DNA of 64,000 nucleotides, taken from Octopus sinensis. Lineage: Eukaryota. The first letter of the stretch is position 1; the number at the start of each line of letters is the position of its first letter. A program made the translations under genes and the position numbers. The notes under the pieces are model-generated. The model was not told the origin of the DNA. It saw nothing but the letters and a program-made list of their open reading frames with translations, and ran no database searches. Below are positions 1 through 14,892 of this stretch, piece after piece. Location: contig NC_043000.1 of assembly GCF_006345805.1 (NCBI RefSeq), positions 157,170,001 through 157,234,000 of the forward strand, in the 5' to 3' direction.

Positions 1-51
1 CAGTTATATTTATGAATATGAAATTTATGAATTTCAGTTCATCAGACCATG

Positions 52-89
<38 letters not shown>

Positions 90-299
90 ACACACATACA
101 CAAACAAACACACACACACAGACACACACACACACACACACCACACACACACATACACACACACACACAAAATTCTTTTTGGAACTGGTTCTCGAAGTTC
201 ATATAAAGCTATAAATAATAGCACATAAATATTGCGTTTTTGAAATCCCTTTTAGATAAAATATATAAAATCTAAGATTAATATGTTCTTGTACAGTAC

Positions 300-2040
300 T
301 AAATGTCATGACCTGAAAAGGTCTGCTTTATTTCTACGACCCCTTAGAGCATTCAGATTCGAAATGTATTTCATTTTAGGAATTCTACCTTTAAATACCT
401 TTGAATAGAATCAGTTAGACTGATATCTTTTCTCAAAATAAGATCGGAAATGTTTGTATTGAATTAATGCTTTCGCTTGAATGTTTTTCGAACATTCCTT
501 ATTTTTAAAGGAGCGGATAGATTCTGATTCTAGAGCGCCCTGTGTACGCCCATCAGGACAATTCCTCCTGTGAACAGCAGAGAGAAAATAGTTTTGGCAA
601 CAGCTGTAAATAGTTTTCGCAGAAATGTCCGGAAAGCAATACCTTCCGGAGATATTCCGCCATTTGCTAATAATGTAGGTGACAGCTTCGACATTACTAT
701 GGTACAATCGATATTTTCTATTACAGCATCGAAGTTTGTAGGATTCCTTACCGCGTTTATCGATCAGGTATTTAGTAACTTTATCATGTTCCTGAATAGT
801 GAATGTATCTTTCTTGGTGAGACGTGATGTATTTATCATAGGTTCAAGAAAGGTTACTGCTCCTTCAAATACTATTGTTATCCAATATCTTACGGGATAT
901 GTACCAGTGCATTACTTTGTGTTGATGAGTGTTTCTCCTCCAAGAGTTTGTTGCTGTGGGTTTACTTGCAACAACCGGGCACTCAGAGTGCCTGTTCGGA
1001 AGTTCTGATGAATATGTGAATATGCGATGTAGTCATTTCTTCCTGCGTAGTTCAGCTAGTGTTGTCTGGTGCAGCACACAAAAGACTGTTTGATATTGAA
1101 TTTATCAACGATGGTTATTGTCGTTCTTCTCTTGATTTCTGAGTTGCAAGATCTCTTCAAGAGCCCAGTCAGTTTCTGGAGCGTTGATAATATCACTGGG
1201 ACAAGGGAGTTGTGGGATAAGGTCTGGTGAATGCATGTATCTATGATTACTCTTCTACTCTTTTACTTATTTCAGTCATTTGATTGTGGCCATGCTGGAG
1301 CACCGCCTTTAGTCGAGGAAATCGACCCCAAGACTTATTCTTTGTAAGCCTAGTACTTATTCTATCGGTCTCTTTCGCCGAACCGTTTGGTTACGGGGAC
1401 GTAAACACACCAGCATCAGTTGTCAAGCGATGTTGGGGGACAAACGCAGACACACAAACATAGACACACTCATAGACACACACACACATATATATATACA
1501 TATATATATATACATATATATGACGGGCTTCGTTCAGTTTCCATCTACCAAATCCACTCACAAGGCTTTGGTCGGCCCGAGGCTATAGTAGAAGACACTT
1601 GCCCAAGGTGCCACGCAATGGGACTGAACCCGGAACCACGTGGCTGGTAAACAAGCTACTTACCACACAGCCACTCCTACGCCATATTCTCTGATTGCCA
1701 TATTTTCTGAAGTTTGAAGAGTTTATTTTATCACTCTAGTTTACTCACATGACCAACGTATGCAACGTTTTCATCAATTCTGATATGCTTGTAGCATTTA
1801 CCATTGCAAACAAGAAGATAAGCTAATGATATCTGGTTAACAATATATCATCGATTGACTTTCAAATATGATAAAAAACCCCATCACTTTGTCCCAAGAA
1901 AATGCTAAGTCCAGCATTAATTGTCTTTACTAACAGCAGAAAGAAATAACTATGGAGTATGATCAAGAGATTAAATCCATCATAGTCTATGTGGATTCGA
2001 AATGGGTTCTCAATATTTCTATAATCATCCCCTCAACACA
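300..2040 (-). mobile_element. Decayed R4/Dong-clade (RLE) non-LTR retrotransposon, RT C-terminal part through zinc-knuckle region, interrupted by a SINE
   Basis: Minus-strand peptides across stops and frameshifts: NGKCYKHIRIDENVAYVGHVSK..KIWQSE, DWALEEILQL, KVMHWY..*TYDKYITSHQERY, FTIQEHDKVTKYLIDKR..RKYRLYHSNVEAVTYIISKWRNISGRYCFP. The last parallels the R4-type piece at 15005-15490 (IQGQETATKYLINKR..CRLCHISVEDFTHVISC). Confidence 0.6.
1249..1683 (-). mobile_element. tRNA-derived SINE, group A
   Basis: Reverse complement of the group A unit: head GGCG(C/T)AGGAGTGGCTGTGTGG with A/B boxes, internal (TA)/(CA) tract, tail GGCGGTGCTCCAGCATGGCC...AAAAGAG. Confidence 0.9.
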
Positions 2041-2260
2041 CACACACAATAAGTTAGAAAGAACATAAAACGGCACAGTATGCATCATAACAAGTTATAC
2101 ACACACACATACCACCTACACGATGAAACAAAAATACTTAAATTGAAAGCCATCTGGACATATGAAAGATAGTTTGTTACCGCAAAAAGCTTCAGACACA
2201 TACACTTACACATGTCTATATATATATATATTATATATAATATATATATATAATATATAT

Positions 2261-2304
<44 letters not shown>

Positions 2305-2412
2305 ATATATATATATGTATACATGTACAGCAATGCAGAGCACAACTATAACATTGTAGAAACATTATTTCTGCGATTCAGCCCTGATAAACATAAACAC
2401 ACACATACACAC

Positions 2413-2456
<44 letters not shown>

Positions 2457-3114
2457 ACACACGCACACACACACACACACGCACACGCATATATATATAC
2501 AGCCATAGCTTCACCATTCTCCGTGGTTACAAAACAACCAGAAATAAGTGCAGTAGGATTGTGAGAATTACGCTCTGACTGGGTCCAGAGGGCATAAATA
2601 CAAGGGCGAAAAGGACAAAGCTGGACGTCGTCCAACCGTCAAACTACGCCCCATACGATTTATCATTGCATGTTGGTGTTTACAGTATAATTCGCAGCTA
2701 AGTACAGATATAGAATAAACTGGGAAAATAGATTTATGGTTCAAATTTCATCGTTCAGCTAAATACCTGCGTGCTATTGGATTGCTCGATCGGGGCTGCC
2801 ATGGAACTCATAACAACACCTACTTTCACTATATACTAAAGATTTAAATTTTGACCTCGCAGCTTTCATCTATCTTAATGAGTGTTGCAGAACAAAGACT
2901 GGACTATTAATCGACATAATGCGATCCTTATACAACTAATGCTCGGCTAAAAGATTTAGACATCACTCTATTGCCCAAGCATTGAAATTAAGGCGTTCAT
3001 GTTCACAATAAGAGCAGAATTCGCTTCACTGCTTGAACTCCTCTTCTCTTCACATTTGTTACCAAAAATGTTACAAAGAGAATCAATCTTTTAACAACGC
3101 CTTTCTTTGGCTAA

Positions 3115-3497
3115 GTGGAGGCGCAATGGCCCAGTGGTTAGGGCAGCGGACTCGCGGTCGTAGGATCGCGGTTTCGATTCCCAGACCGGGCGTTGTGAGT
3201 GTTTATTGAGCGAAAACACCTAAAAGCTTCACGAGGCTCCTGCAGGGGGTGGTGGTGAACCCTGCTGTACTCTTTCACCACAACTTTCTCTCACTCTTAC
3301 TTCCTGTTTCTGTTGTACCTGTATTTCAAAGGGCCAGCCTTGTCACTCTCTGTGTCACGCTGAATCTCCTCGAGAACTACGTTAAGGGTACACGTGTCTG
3401 TGGAGTGCTCAGCCACTTACACGTTAATTCCACGAGCAAGCTGTTCCGTTGATCGTATCAGCTGGGACCCTCATCGTCGTAACCGACGGAGTGCTCC
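3115..3497 (+). mobile_element. tRNA-derived SINE, group B
   Basis: Head GTGGAGGCGCAATGGCCCAGTGGTTAGGG (A box) and GGTTTCGATTCCC (B box); tail CGTAACCGACGGAGTGCTCC; near-identical to 28313-28695 and 54223-54613. Confidence 0.9.
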
Positions 3498-4801
3498 TAT
3501 ATCTTTTGGTAAATTATATTTCAGGGCGTTACGCTTAATTGTTGCACACTGCATATACAAATTAACGAGTGTTTCATTAAAATTCATGTTTGAACCTTCA
3601 AGTATATAAGTAGTTCATGTACGAAAGAGGAAATGTTTTCACAGAATCAAGATGAAACGGAATTTTGAAGCTCCAGAAAGGTTAAGTACGCTGTAGAATA
3701 TCTACTATTTCCTGAGTCTCTCAACTAATTTGGCTTTCATTTGTCGCAACACAGATAAATGTGTTGATTTCCCAGTGCATGCAAAATCCATTGTTTCATA
3801 TCTAAATGAATAAACAGCAACAATAGCAACAACAAGAGCAGTATTCAGGATCGTTAAAAAGTGAATTTTTCGTTTCGTTTGTTGATATTTTTGTTATTGA
3901 TATGTTGCTCCACGTCAACCTTGATCTAGTAGACCTATTGATCGAATATGTCCCAGCCGTGATCATCCAGTCTTTTCTGGGCATAGTATATCTAAGAAGT
4001 TTTCTTGCGCATATGTAGTTACTCTTGACGACTAAGCTTCACTCGGCAGTGTACTACAAGTACAACTTGCTAATAATCGGTTTTACAGTAAAACATACAT
4101 TGTGTACACACACACAAACACACCCAAACTCACACACACACACACACACAGACACGCGCACACACGCACACAAACATACATATGTTACAAACACTTTAGA
4201 TTTACAAAGTCAACTAGGAATACGAATGATATTAAGATTATATGAAGATTATGTAGTCAATTAGGGTTAGTACTAACGAGATGCAGCTGTTGACGACCTT
4301 ATTTTCTCTACTAATCTATTTTCGTAATCATTGTTTTGTCTAGCTCTGCGAAAATTCCGAAAAAGAACCACATGTTAAGAACTTTTGGAAAGTAGATATT
4401 TAGATAAATGCTCCACATATTATGTTTTCATAAACAATCAAAATAATCGAGATTTCTTTAACAATCGGTTTTTAAATTTTGATACAACATTCTCTGGATG
4501 GACATTTACGACCGAACAGGTTAAACAAAAATGTTTCTCCTTGCCTAAGAACAAGATGAATTTTTTCATTAATTTCTTTTAAAGTAATGGAAGTATTTGA
4601 TGTATCTCACTTCTGATATCTTCGTATTTTGTTTTTGCTCTTCATCTGAACAACATGTATCGATCCTGGAAAATTTAAAGGAAGATGCTGGCTCCGGTCA
4701 GATTTGAACTCCTCACTGTGAGGTACTAATTTAAGCAAATATTAAAAAGACATTTGAAAGTGAATTCTAGCGCTCGCAGTTAAATCTATAACGTTTCCTG
4801 G

Positions 4802-5127
4802 TGAAGGCGCGTGGCTTAGTGGTTAGGGCATTCGACTGACGATTGTAAGGTCGTGCGTTCGATTCCCGGCGATGCGTTGTGTCCTTGAGCAAGACACTTT
4901 GTTTCACGTTGCTCCAGTCCACTCAGCTGGCAAAAACGAGTTGTACCTGTATTTCAAAGGGCCGGCCTTGTCACACTCTGTGTCACGCTGAATCTCCTTG
5001 AGAACTACGTTAAGGGTACACGTGTGTGTGGATTGCTCAGTCATTTGCACGTTAATTTCACGAGCAAGCTGTTCCGTTGATTGTATCAGCTGGGACCCTC
5101 ATCGCCGTAACCGACGGAGTGCTCCTA
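4802..5127 (+). mobile_element. SINE, group B variant, with 15-bp TSD
   Basis: A box TGGCTTAGTGG, B box GTTCGATTCC, group B tail; TSD TATAACGTTTCCTGG at 4787-4801 and 5128-5142. Confidence 0.92.
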
Positions 5128-5635
5128 TATAACGTTTCCTGGACCAGTTCATGATTGTTAGATAACTAAAATGGTGACCATGAAGATAAAAGGACGATGA
5201 TGATGATGGCAGCTGCGACGACGACGACGATGATGATAGCGTTTAGTCTCAAGTCAATTCGTGTAAGATCTGTGACCAAAGGTGTTCCAGTTATGATCAT
5301 CTCGTTTAGTAGTTCTGGAGTTATATGATCTAGATCTGTTTTTATACCAGAAGCTAGGACTTGAGCAAGGCTCAGCTGATATTATATAGACCTATCAACC
5401 ATATACAGGCTCTTGTTTGCCTGTAACTGTGATGTTTGAGGCATAATTACAGGAGAGTTAAAGGTGGTAAGTAGGGAAAAACGTTAGCGAGCCAGACAAA
5501 ATACTTAACGGCATTTCTTCTGCCTCTTAACGTTATAGGTTCAAATTCCACCGAGGTCGGCTTTGCTTTTCATCGTTTAGGGATCCGTAAAATAATTACC
5601 AGTCAAACACATCGATGTAATAAAATCATACCTAT

Positions 5636-5800
5636 TTCTTTATTACCCACAAGGGGCTAAACATAGAGGGGACAAACATGGACAGACATAGATATTAAGT
5701 CGATTAGATCGACCCCAGTGCGTAACTGGTACTGAATTTATCGACCCCGAAAGGATGAAAGGCAAAGTCGACCTCGGCGGAATTTGAACTCACAACGTAA
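5636..5800 (-). mobile_element. SINE, group C, 3' half
   Basis: Reverse complement of the 3' part of 50597-50827, including the terminus CCCCTTGTGGGTAATAAAGAAAT. Confidence 0.85.
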
Positions 5801-6411
5801 CGATTCTTTAAAATTGCCAAACTTGAGACAACATTTGAAACCGTGATTATAGGGGAGTCAAGAGGACAAACAGACGTAGCACGATGTGAAAGGCGTAATC
5901 GATGTCCTTGGTTTTATAGAAATTGAGTGTAAATTTTTACAGAATGACGAGTATGAGGAATTAAACATGATGAGCTAGAGTTCATAAAACGTGAGTAATA
6001 GCAAAATTTATGAATAAACATATTAGAGGTGGTGATACATTAGGTCGTAGTTTAATGTCATAAATTACAAGGTTTTCCCCATGTCTTACATAAATAAAAA
6101 GTGAGATTAGAATGCAAATTTGCTGTGGTAAAGGTGATACTGCTGTGAAGGTAGTCGGTTATCGGTGAACCAATTCTACGTGTATGCTTCCATTATAAGC
6201 TTTAGCTATTTCCCGATTCCATGTAATATTTAAGGTCCTAAGGGCGATAAGCTGGTAGAATCGTTAGCACTCCGGGCAAAATGTTTAGCAGCATTTCGTC
6301 TGTCTTTACGTTCGTTCTGAGTTAAGATTCCTAGGTCGACTTTGCCTTTTATCCATTCACACAGCCACTTTTGCGCCTAAATATATATATATATATTATA
6401 TATATATATAT

Positions 6412-6457
<46 letters not shown>

Positions 6458-6479
6458 TATATATGTATATATGTATATA

Positions 6480-7114
6480 GGGTGCGATGAGTAAATTATC
6501 GTCATTATATATTTTTAATTTCGCACATGCGTATCGGCGTATTGAATGTTTCTGATTTTGTCGACTACACAGTATAGTAGGGTCAGTTGAGCACGTCTGT
6601 GAAAAACCGGCACCATGACGCAATTCACTCCGCCAGAAATTTGGAAACGACATGCTGTACTGCTTGGCATTAGCGAGCAGAGTGTTTGGAGGTTTATCTG
6701 AGGATAGTGCGATCTGCTGACATGCACCGAGAGTAATAAAAACCAAACATCCAGTCAATATCATGGTGTTTGGAGTGATCACTAGTAATGGCGACGTTAT
6801 GCCTCCATTAATCTTTCCACATGGTCTCAGACTCACCACGAAGGCTTAGATCAAGTGCCTCGAGGAAGTAATGCTGCCCTGGGTCAAGAGGGTGGCTGCT
6901 GAAGGACCCTATGTCTGGCAAAAGGACTCTGGACAATGCTACACAAGCAGGAGAACCAAGTCATGGCTGTCAGACAATTTCTGCCACCACATCACCCCTA
7001 ATATCTGGCCACTTAACTCCCCAGAGTGCAAACCCCGTGATTATGTGTGGGGTGCAGTCGAGAGAGAGAGACGATCAAAACTCCTTGTAACACCATAGAT
7101 GAACTGAAGGCAAG

Positions 7115-7116
<2 letters not shown>
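6480..7116 (+). mobile_element. Tc1/mariner DD37D (maT-type) transposase remnant, internally deleted
   Basis: KHPVNIMVFGVITSNGDVMPP...PYVWQKDSG...WPLNSPECKPRDYVWG, with exactly 37 residues between the D of QKDS and the D of RDY; starts after TA. Confidence 0.8.
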
Positions 7117-7151
<35 letters not shown>

Positions 7152-7772
7152 CATATTGTATTTGTATATGTACTTATTCTATCGGTCTCATTTACCGAAC
7201 CGTTAAATGACGGTGACGGGTTCAATGTCTTGCATATTTGTCCCGACTCTCTTCGCTTTGAGTTCCAATCTTGCCGAGATCAACTCTTTTGTTTCTAACG
7301 GCGTTGCCCCAGCATGGCCTCAGCTTTGAGTTGGAACTAGATAAAGAGAAAACTTAATAGATAGAAACCGGATTCCGGCCTGAAAAATTTAGTAAATTTA
7401 GTTAAAAAGTTTTGGTTTTACTTTTCACTTTCGATTTCGTGGATAAATGACCTACTTTGTGTTTTCAGAATGAATTATACTGTGTCCTCTCTCCTGGGAA
7501 AAGACACGGACATCAATTCTCGATGTCCGTCCCGACTTGTAATTCTATCCGTTTAATTTGTCACTCGCTGTTAACATCTTTATGAGATGTATGAACCACG
7601 CAATATCGAATCTTCTGAAATATAGAACATTCGTCTCATGTCGAAAACAAGCTATCATTTAGTTACTAAGAATGACACTCTCTATTATGAAAGAACGGTG
7701 GATAAGGCTCCTTTCAACTCTAGGTGAGGAGATGATAACTGTTACTCTGTTACAATGTGAGACACTTTAGAT

Positions 7773-7941
7773 CAGAGGTTCCCAACCTTATTTTGCTTGT
7801 AGACCCCGAGATCTATCTGAAAGTTTTGAAATAATATATTTGTTTGTAGGTTAAACAAAATTTATATATGGACCCACAAATTACAATTTTATACTCGAAG
7901 ACCCCCTTAAATCTTCTGTGGACCCCGGTTGGGAACCCCTA
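7773..7941. mobile_element. hAT-type MITE
   Basis: TIRs CAGAGGTTCCCAACC / GGTTGGGAACCCCTA (13/15); 8-bp flanks CTTTAGAT (7765-7772) and CTTTGGAT (7942-7949). Confidence 0.7.
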
Positions 7942-8250
7942 CTTTGGATTGTTTTCCTAAAAAGCTGTAAGTTGAATCGCATATATGAACACTGTGCGCT
8001 ACAAATTACAATTTTTTACTCATAGACCCCTTAAAATCTCCTGTGGACCCCAGTTGGGAACCCCTACTTTGGATTGTTTTCCTAAAAAGCTGTAAGTTGA
8101 ATCGCATGTATGAACACTGTGCGCTACAAATTACAATTTTTTACTCATAGACCCCTTAAAATCTCCTGTGGACCCCAGTTGGGAACCCCCGCTTCGGATT
8201 GTTTTCCTAAAAAGCTGTAAGTTGAATCGCATGTATGAACAATGTGCGCC
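7876..8250. repeat. Three-copy 125-bp tandem repeat
   Basis: Units start at 7876, 8001 and 8126 (ACAAATTACAATTT); each carries the MITE right TIR plus flank. Confidence 0.92.
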
Positions 8251-8839
8251 TTTTATTATTAAATGGTTTACTATAAAAAATGAGCGAATATGTTGACAGA
8301 TATATACTGGACGCCCTACACCAGAAATGAAGATTTTTAACGTACGGTTGTTGTTGTTGTTGCTGTTTAGGCCAAGCATAGTCTTTATACAACACATAGA
8401 TCTATGATCAAAGATCATTCCAGCAATGACTCTGCCATCATTTCTCGTTGAATAATCTAACCTGGATAGTATTATCCAATGTCTGCTTTTATAAAATGGT
8501 AAGAATTAGGTTGAGAGAGCTTTGACTGCTATGTCTAGCAGATTGAACAACTACAAAGTGATTTCCATATTGGCTTATGAACAAGTGACAGCGTTGAGGA
8601 GTTGGTAGGGATGACTTTTCAGCGATAGGATATCAGTCGTCGCAATTAAACTTTTTAAATTATACGAAATGGGATGATTTGACGTTATTTAGCCTTAGGC
8701 AAGCAGAACTGTAAGAACACCGGACTGCATATTTTGCAGGGGTTTTTCTATTTTGTTTGTTTGTTTTGGGTCGTTGAGTTCTGAGTTCTAATCCCTTCAT
8801 GGCCTACTTCGGTGGTCGACTTAACCCGTTGTTCAGTTC

Positions 8840-9100
8840 ACCACCACCACCACCACCACCACCATCGCCGTCGCCACCACCACCATCGCCGCCGCCACCA
8901 CCACCACCACCACCACAACCACCACCATCACCACCACCATCACCACCACCATCACCACCACCACCACCACCACCATTACCACCACTACCACCACCACAAG
9001 CACCCCCCGCCACCCCCCCGCCACCACCACCATAGCCACCACCACCACCACCACCACCACCACCATCGCCGCCGCCGCCGCTGCCTCCTCCACCACCACT
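8840..9100. repeat. (CAC)n / (CGC)n trinucleotide microsatellite
   Basis: Direct reading; explains the polyP, polyH, polyG and polyV ORFs. Confidence 0.95.
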
Positions 9101-9430
9101 AGCACCTTGGTTGTCTTTAGCAGAGATCACTATGCTGGGAGAGCAATCGAGCCAGATCTCCGGTTTCAGGATACCTTAGTTTCTCCCATCATCCAGGCAT
9201 TGATGTCCTCCAGTTATATCCATTGACACTTCATTCTTGACTACAAAATAAAAAAGAAAACAACAATATGGCCCCGTTGTCCGAGCAGTAGCGAGAGTCC
9301 CGCTCGACAACAAACATTTTCGTCGTAACCAGGTTGGGTTTACCCATTGTTTATTTGACAAAATCATGTGTATACGGTGTACACGGTTGTAGAAGCTACC
9401 TTAAAAGTGCCATACCGCAGGAGTGGCTAT

Positions 9431-9596
9431 AGGCGCAGGAGTGGCTGTGTGGTAAGTAGCTTGCTAACCAACCACATGGTTCCGGGTTCAGTCCCACTGC
9501 ATGGCATCTTGGGCAAGTGTCTTCTGCTATAGCCCCGGGCCGACCAATGCCTTGTGAGTGGATTTGGTAGACGGAAACTGAAAGAAGCCTGTCGTA

Positions 9597-9677
<81 letters not shown>

Positions 9678-9875
9678 TTGTGTGTCTGTGTTTGTCCCCC
9701 TAGCATTGCTTGACAACCGATGCTGGTGTGTTTACGTCCCCGTCACCTAGCGGTTCGGCAAAAGCGACCGATAGAATAAGTACTAGGCTTACAAAGAATA
9801 AGTGTCGGGGTCGATTTGCTCGACTAAAGGCGGTGCTCCAGCATGCCGCAGTCAAGATGACCGTAACAAGTAAAA
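9431..9875 (+). mobile_element. SINE, group A
   Basis: Full head, body and tail; 13-nt head segment CGCAGGAGTGGCT duplicated just upstream (9417-9429). Confidence 0.92.
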
Positions 9876-9901
9876 AGAAAAAAAGAAAGAAAAGATACTT
9901 C

Positions 9902-10090
9902 TATGAGAGGGCGCTGAAAAGTTCCTAGCTCTGAGTAAAAGAAAATGCAACATATTTCCTTCTCAGATACACACACATTTATTGTAGTGGTCCTTTAGTT
10001 TTTTAAGTCCTGTAAAAGTATTCAGATGGTTGGGCCTTCAACCGAGCCTTTCGCAATATACTTGAAACCAAGAACCTCCCAGAATCCCCT
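9902..10090. mobile_element. Degenerate mariner-type MITE
   Basis: Left end TATGAGAGGGCGCTGAAAAGTTC resembles the TIR of the mariner at 27587 (TACGAGGGTGGGCTGAAAAGTTC); right end only weakly inverted. Confidence 0.4.
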
Positions 10091-11244
10091 TGTGTATCCA
10101 TCATAATCCAATCTCTAGATCCTTTGAAAAAATGGATATGGATCTCCGTCGATTGCGACGATAAGTGATATAATTCTTCGATTAACGGAACATTGTAATC
10201 TTTCATTTGACGTGTACTCGTAAGTGGCTGAGTATTTCACAGACGTTTGTACACCTGGTATAATTCGCAAACTGAGTGAACGCGACAGAATTTTGAATTA
10301 AGTGTACAATCCATTTAACGAGCTTTTATTTTCGGCGGTAAAAGACACCGATGTCTTTCAGTGGTGCCCCAGGATTTTGAAATGAATATCCTGACCATCT
10401 GATCATGCCTGATTCCCTAATCTCTCATTCGATGCTAAACACCAGGGATCTTAAAGTGGTCATAACACTCGCTAGAAATATATGTCAAACCACATTCTAC
10501 CAAATTACATTTATATCATGTAACTGAAAAATACAAGTTTTGAATAGTGATATGGGATGTCATGGTTGGAGCGCCTCTGAACAAAAGGTCCGTTCGATTC
10601 GGATTGACAACACAACAGCATAGACACCTCTCAGGTTTAATAAGAATGTCCAAAGCAGATTAAGTGACATCTTCAAGAATTCGAACTTTGGCCTCCTGCA
10701 GAGAAAATATTTACGTATTCTTCGTTCGGTAATCATGTTTCCACTAAGCTCACACATACGTGTTCGAATAACAATAACAACGACATATGCAAATACACAA
10801 ACATGCATTTACAACCAACAACACACATTCGCATCACTCTCTCTCTCTCACACACGTATACACTTACGCACGCACACATACACAAACGTACACACGTGCG
10901 AGCACACAAAATCTCTCTCTCTCTTCTCTCCCTCTGTCACTCCGCCTCTCTCTCTCGATCTCTCTATCTGATTGTCTGTCATAAATAATCTCAGTAGGAA
11001 TGTCACAACATAGCTTTATGTTTAAAGTAACAATGAAACAAATATGACACCGACTCCACACGCCTTCATACAGATGATAGTCGCACGCACTACGCACATA
11101 GACGCAGGCGCGCACGAACCCATGAACGCACGCACGCAACACACACACACACCCACTTATACATATGGAAGATGTTGATAGTGAAAGTTACCAAAATAGA
11201 ACGCCAAAGATGTTCAATGCAGATGTCTACTCTAGGGTTCCAAT

Positions 11245-12455
<1,211 letters not shown>

Positions 12456-13605
12456 ATTATATTCATTGTAAGCTCAAAAAATAAAACAAAACAAAAACAC
12501 TGTCATGTGAGATATGGTAGTCACCAGGTGAAAGGAAATAATCAATATAAAAAGCGTCAGAAGTGTTTGGAAGATAAGAAGATAGGAAAGATAAAATAGA
12601 AAGAGGGTGAGTGGGAGATGTTAAATGGAAAGTAGAGAGGTCAGGAAAGTAAGCCAAAATATTCCAATATGATATGAAACGTGTGTGTATGCTTACATAC
12701 AAAGATACACACATAACATAGGTGTCTGTGTGCACGTATGTGGTGCAGATGTGTGTGTGTGTATGAGTGTGTGTGTGTGTGTGTTTATGTATTTGTATGT
12801 ACTCGTGTTAACAACATTATCAAACATGTTGGCAGCCTTATTAATTATGGAGAAATAGCGCATCTGTCCAAACGAAATTGAATATTGAATTCTTCTCTTA
12901 CTTTTGAAAATATCTTTACCGCGCGCACACATATATAATAGATACATATATAATGTTAGACACATATACACACATACACACATATCATATATGCAATTGT
13001 ATTTGTGTGTATAAATACCTGCGCGCGCAGCCCTCCGCATATACGCACATATGAATTACAGTATTAAAATCTTTTTACGTTTTAAAAATACCGTATATAT
13101 ATATATCACGTAATATGTGCAGTATGTGGAAACGAAACTGAAAGTAAAACCATTGTTATTGTCGCTTACTCACGTATCCACTATTTCCAGTTTGACAGCC
13201 CTCTAATATAAGCAAATTATTATATATGTAGGTACTTGTATTCTTAAGTTCTTTAAATGTGATTAGCTTTGTGAAAGGGTATAAATAATGTAGCACTACG
13301 AGTGACCTGACATAACATAACATATACATACTTACACACATAGATACATACATACATAAATACACACATACATACACGCATACGTATATGCATAGCTGCA
13401 TGGGTGTGTGTGTGTTGTTATGGCATATTGGCTATATAAAGAATGCCACTCAAATACTGCTGTGCCGCTAATTCGCGCCGGTTGACATATCAGTTAATCT
13501 GCCGTCAGACAACCTCTGTGTTAGGTGGAGCAGGGTAGGATATGTGTTTGTTGTACCATATTAGCGGTTCATTGTGCTTTGCTGTCGACCCCAGTACGTT
13601 ACTGG

Positions 13606-14169
13606 TATTGGGTTTTCCGGAAAGTTCGTGCCGATTTTTAAAGGAAAGAAAAAGGTCAATAGATACTTGCCATTACATTTTTAATCAACCAAATATGAAC
13701 CATTTTGTTGCACAATTCGTCTCCATCTTTCCTTTAACTTAAAGATACCCTCTTCCCAGAATTGAGGTGGCTTCATGGCAAAGAATTCAAGGTATCTTTT
13801 TACGTCATCCAAGGAATTGAAATTTTTACCATCAAGACTATTCTGCGGAGACCTGAATAAGTGGAAATCCGAAGGAGTAATATCTGGTGTATATGGAGGG
13901 TGGGGGTAACACATCCCAGCCGAGCTGCAGCAATTTTTTTCTGGTTCCCAAAGCATCAAGTACCAAAAATAAACTTTCTTATCTTCCATTTTAAAGGGTT
14001 ACAGAATTAACACAGGTTATAGGAACACAAACCTTCTTCCACGAAAAGAAAGCTTAAACTGTGCTCTAAATGGAAATGTAGTCAAATCCTATTTTATGGA
14101 CTCAAGCGTCCAAATAAGTCGAAATGTAAGCTACTATAAATCGGCACGAACTTTCCGGACAGTCCAATA
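13606..14169 (-). mobile_element. Internally deleted mariner (DD34D-type) with TIRs, inserted in a group C SINE
   Basis: 32-bp TIRs TATTGG..TCCGGAAAGTTCGTGCCGATTT (3 mismatches); ORF fuses N-terminal MEDKKVYF to HPPYTPDITPSDFHLFRSPQNSL..ERWRRIVQQNGSY; the flanks rejoin to a group C SINE (GTCGACCCCAGTACGTTACTGGTA | CTATATATTTCATCGACTCCGAAAGG). Confidence 0.9.
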
Positions 14170-14389
14170 CTATATATTTCATCGACTCCGAAAGGATAAA
14201 AGGCATTGCAGGCTTCGATGGGATTTGATCTCACAACGTAAAGAGTCAGAACATATTACTGCAACGTAGTTTGGCTGATTCTCCTAAAATTCTGCTAACG
14301 CACCAGTTTCAGTACATTCATGGAAATATGACTCAGTTTTAAACGAGAATGTTGTATCGGGCATGTTTATCCCAACTACATCCCTGTGC

Positions 14390-14409
14390 ACATACATACA
14401 TTACATACA

Positions 14410-14440
<31 letters not shown>

Positions 14441-14480
14441 CATACATACACACATTACATTACATACATACATACATACA

Positions 14481-14511
<31 letters not shown>

Positions 14512-14670
14512 CATACATACATACATACATACATACAAACACATACATACATTACATACATACATATATACATTACATTACATACATACATACATTACAT
14601 TACATACATACATAAATACATACATACATGCATACATGCATGCATGCATACATACATACATTACATTACA

Positions 14671-14701
<31 letters not shown>

Positions 14702-14740
14702 CAAACATACATACATACATACATACATACATACATACAT
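14390..14740. repeat. (TACA)n/(TTACA)n microsatellite
   Basis: Direct reading. Confidence 0.95.
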
Positions 14741-14741
14741 A

Positions 14742-14892
14742 CAGGAGCACTCCGTCGGTTACGACGACGAGGGTCCCAGCTGATACGATTAACGGAACAA
14801 CCTGCTCATGAAATTAACGTGCAAGTGCCTGAGCAATCCACAGACCCCTAACGCGTACCCCTAACGTAATTCTCAGGGAGATTCAGCGTGAC
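14742..14892 (-). mobile_element. SINE group B 3' fragment
   Basis: GGAGCACTCCGTCGGTTACGACGACGAGGG is the reverse complement of the group B tail. Confidence 0.85.

Noticed and set aside
3115-3190. tRNA-like heads as real tRNA genes (also 4802, 28313, 54613, 59488 and all group A heads)
   Set aside because: Each continues directly into a SINE body and lacks a complete cloverleaf and terminator.
10003-10206. 67-aa minus ORF MKDYNVPL...
   Set aside because: Overlaps a decayed MITE and has no recognisable domain.
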